Source: an uncultured Acidobacteriota bacterium (GTDB taxonomy: Bacteria; Acidobacteriota; Terriglobia; UBA7540). From it: a stretch of DNA of 64,000 nt. Positions 61,819-64,000 of the stretch are shown piece by piece. Where the stretch lies: contig CAWDSK010000002.1 in assembly GCA_963804995.1 (NCBI GenBank), forward strand, positions 352,001-416,000, written 5' to 3'. A program made the position numbers and the translations under genes. Numbering within the stretch: position 1 is the stretch's first letter; every line of letters starts with the position of its first letter. The notes beneath the pieces are model-generated. The model searched no databases and had not been told where the DNA came from. It saw only the letters and a list, made by a program, of their open reading frames with translations.

Positions 61819-62838
61819 TTATTTCACTTCCACTACCTCCCCCGCCACAAGCGACCCTTCGCGGCCGTTTTCATCGCGCACGCGCAACGCTCCGCTGGGG
61901 TCAATGCCCGCGGTTTCGGCCAGCCTCTCGCCGCCTGCGGTGACCACCCGTACCCGCTTTCCATAGGCGTAAGTTGAAGCCGCTGCCCAGCGTTCCGTGA
62001 TGGCGGTATTGCCGTCCCTGAGCAGCAGGTGATAGTGCCGGTCCAGTTCCCGCAAGAGCGCCACCAGCAAGGGCACGCGCGAAAAAGTTCGATGCGCTTC
62101 GAGACGCAGGGAGCTCGCGGTCGCCCGCAGGTCCGCGGGCATCTGGCTATGATTCACATTCAACCCGATGCCGAGCACCACCGCGTGCAGGCGGTCGAGT
62201 TCCGCGTTCATCTCGGTCAGGATTCCGCACACCTTCTTGCCGTTCACCAGCAGATCGTTCGGCCAGCGGATGTCCACAGCAAGGCCGGTGGTGGAACTCA
62301 CCGCCTGCTGGGCCGCCACGCCCGCCATCAATGTCAGCACCGGGGCTGTGGCGGGGGAAAGGGGCGGCCGCAAAATCACAGACGTATAAATACCACTCAA
62401 CTTTTCCGAGTACCAGGTGCGCCCCAAGCGGCCACGCCCGGCGGTTTGCTCCTCTGCCACGACCACCGTTCCGTGCGCGGCGCCCTGAGCGGCAAGCGCC
62501 ATGGCCACATCATTGGTCGATTCAGTTCGGAAATAATGAACGATGCTGTGGCCGATGACGTGATCGCCCAACTCCGGGCGCAACAGGCTGGGCACAAGAA
62601 TGTCGGGAACCGTTACCAGTTGATAGCCCGTGGATCGCAGCCCCCGGATTTCCATGCCCAGCGCGCGCAGCTTCTCAATCCACTGCCACACGGTGGAGCG
62701 CGGAACGCCAATCTCCGCGGCGATCTTGGGGCCCGGCACGACCACCATAGCGTTCTTCACCAGCAGGTGAATCAGCTTGTCGATTTTGCGATCGGTGCTT
62801 CCGGGGGCCATGTACTTATTCTGCTCCTGGTCATCCAA
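61819..62838 (-). CDS. birA: Bifunctional biotin-[acetyl-CoA carboxylase] ligase/repressor
   Basis: N-terminal wHTH; STND, Q.AGRGRLGR.W, WPND, KVCGIL.E; start may be 62811. Confidence 0.93.
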   Translation of the reverse strand: MDDQEQNKYMAPGSTDRKIDKLIHLLVKNAMVVVPGPKIAAEIGVPRSTVWQWIEKLRALGMEIRGLRSTGYQLVTVPDILVPSLLRPELGDHVIGHSIVHYFRTESTNDVAMALAAQGAAHGTVVVAEEQTAGRGRLGRTWYSEKLSGIYTSVILRPPLSPATAPVLTLMAGVAAQQAVSSTTGLAVDIRWPNDLLVNGKKVCGILTEMNAELDRLHAVVLGIGLNVNHSQMPADLRATASSLRLEAHRTFSRVPLLVALLRELDRHYHLLLRDGNTAITERWAAASTYAYGKRVRVVTAGGERLAETAGIDPSGALRVRDENGREGSLVAGEVVEVK

Positions 62839-62920
62839 GGCCGTTCAAACCGAAAGGCGGTCATCAACAAACTTGGTTAAGACGCCGCACAGGGAATCAC
62901 TTCTCAATTTGTTTCTGGCT

Positions 62921-63091
62921 GACCCCCTCACCCGTCCCGCCCCGGCTGATGAAAGCGCCGGCGGCGGTCCACCCTCTCCCCCAAGGGGGCGAGGGCAGTA
63001 AATTCAAATGAACTCCCCCCTCGCCCCCTTGGGTGAGGGGGCCGGGGGTGAGGGGGTTTTCCAATAATCAGCGAACTTCTGACTCATGGCA
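62921..63091. mobile_element. Partial (left-TIR-less) copy of the 58229-59849 MITE, without IS4
   Basis: Near-identical from gaccccctcacccgtcccgccccggctgatg to tcagcgaacttctgactcatggca. Confidence 0.85.
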
Positions 63092-63122
63092 CTAGTCTCG
63101 TGCGTCACAGATATGGGTACTT

Positions 63123-63194
63123 GTAGCGCCGACCTTCAGAGCCTGCCCTGAGTGAAACGAAGGGTCGGCAGGCGCTGAGCTAAAGCTCTGCGCT
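63123..63194. repeat. GTAG REP-like element carrying a cctgccctgag...gaaggg insert
   Basis: gtagcgccgaccttcag[agcctgccctgagtgaaacgaag]ggtcggc. Confidence 0.55.
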
Positions 63195-63340
63195 CTGGAG
63201 TTTATACATTTTTCGTGCGGTGCGCACCTATTTCGCTTAGGGCTCAGTCTAGAAGGCACGTCGCCGCTCAGGCTGCTTGCCGATTCGCGTTTAAGGCGGG
63301 CCGTGAGTGTTTGAGGTTTGCGGGTATTGGAAACGAAGAG

Positions 63341-63586
63341 CTGATAGCCCCCGATGTGAAAATTGCAGACGTTTTCGGGAACGCCCTCGAACCACCGCTT
63401 TGGGTTAATGAGCACTCTGTTTCTGCGCGACGCGCTTTGGACTGCGGTCGCGAAGCTGCCGCTTTAACCCTTCGGTGTGAGCGACAATTTCTGAAAGAAG
63501 ATGGAAAATTATCAAGGCAAAAGCGGCAGCTTCGCGACCGCAGTCCAAAACGCCTTCGGCGAGTTCACGACAATTCCATCCCTGCC
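63341..63586 (-). repeat. RAYT-less copy of the REP pair plus Type ISP fragment
   Basis: Reverse complement matches 43259-43326 joined to 44098-44305; encodes VLINPKRWFEGVPENVCNFHIGGYQ. Confidence 0.8.
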
Positions 63587-63595
63587 GTAAACGTT

Positions 63596-63707
63596 GGCAG
63601 GCTGGCGCATGGCGAGCCCAGCCATGCGATTTCGTGCAGATCAAGCAGGCCGGCAGGCTGGCGCAGAGTGAGCGCAACTCTGCGATTCTGTGCAGATCAA
63701 GCCAGCC
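63596..63707. repeat. Two tandem 56-bp units with a covarying hairpin
   Basis: ggcaggctggcgca...tgcgatt..gtgcagatcaagc twice. Confidence 0.8.
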
Positions 63708-63807
63708 GGTCCATGGTCAAGACGGACGAATCGTTCCGATAACAAAATCAGGAGCTGGACGTGGCCGGGCTTGTAATAGCATCTGTAGGTCGGGAACCTC
63801 GGGGGGA

Positions 63808-63935
63808 GAAGCTGTGAAAAAATCCCATCAAACCTTTCACCGCGGAGACGCTGAGGCGCAGAGGCTTGAAAACAAAGGGTCATTTCTCTGCGTCTCAGCG
63901 TCTCAGCGGTGAAAATGGTATTTTTTCACACCTTC
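63808..63935. mobile_element. 128-bp MITE, inverted copy of 331-450
   Basis: Same TIRs, flanked by gga on both sides (tcc on the other strand); one extra 8-bp internal unit. Confidence 0.85.
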
Positions 63936-64000
63936 GGAGGGGCAGGGACGTGAATCGCCCCGACCGGTCGGGGCGCCAGCCGGCCGGCAGGTAAGGATTC

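Overview
This is a GC-rich bacterial chromosomal window, most consistent with Acidobacteriota (Terriglobia-like); that assignment is inferred from gene order and repeat types. The housekeeping backbone comprises bactofilin-parB-parA, yceD-rpmF-plsX-fabH-fabD-fabG-acpP-fabF, pgsA-amrA, tRNA-Arg(CCT), an LPS inner-core/lipid A operon (waaA, lpxK, waaF, rfaE1, rfaE2, waaC), comEC, rlmD, coaX and birA. A block of transporters and sensor kinases lies between the tRNA and the LPS operon. The backbone carries three IS elements with visible terminal inverted repeats (TIRs) and target duplications (IS1634, ISKra4, IS4), three MITE types with palindromic cores, many REP-like hairpins and a REP-associated tyrosine transposase (RAYT). 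The most notable observations are: (1) a cassette-like array of toxin-antitoxin (TA) genes and TA remnants at 1-4547, separated by a conserved ~48-bp repeat plus a REP-like hairpin; (2) a RAYT/REP element sitting inside a Type ISP restriction-modification (R-M) remnant, with a second RAYT-less copy 20 kb away; (3) a Type II R-M pair nested between the two ends of a different, dismantled methyltransferase gene; (4) nearly all apparent frameshifts and nonsense codons fall on one motif (GTCGAG/CTCGAC), which points to methylation-linked long-read consensus errors rather than true pseudogenes. All family assignments come from motif recognition by eye; no searches were run.
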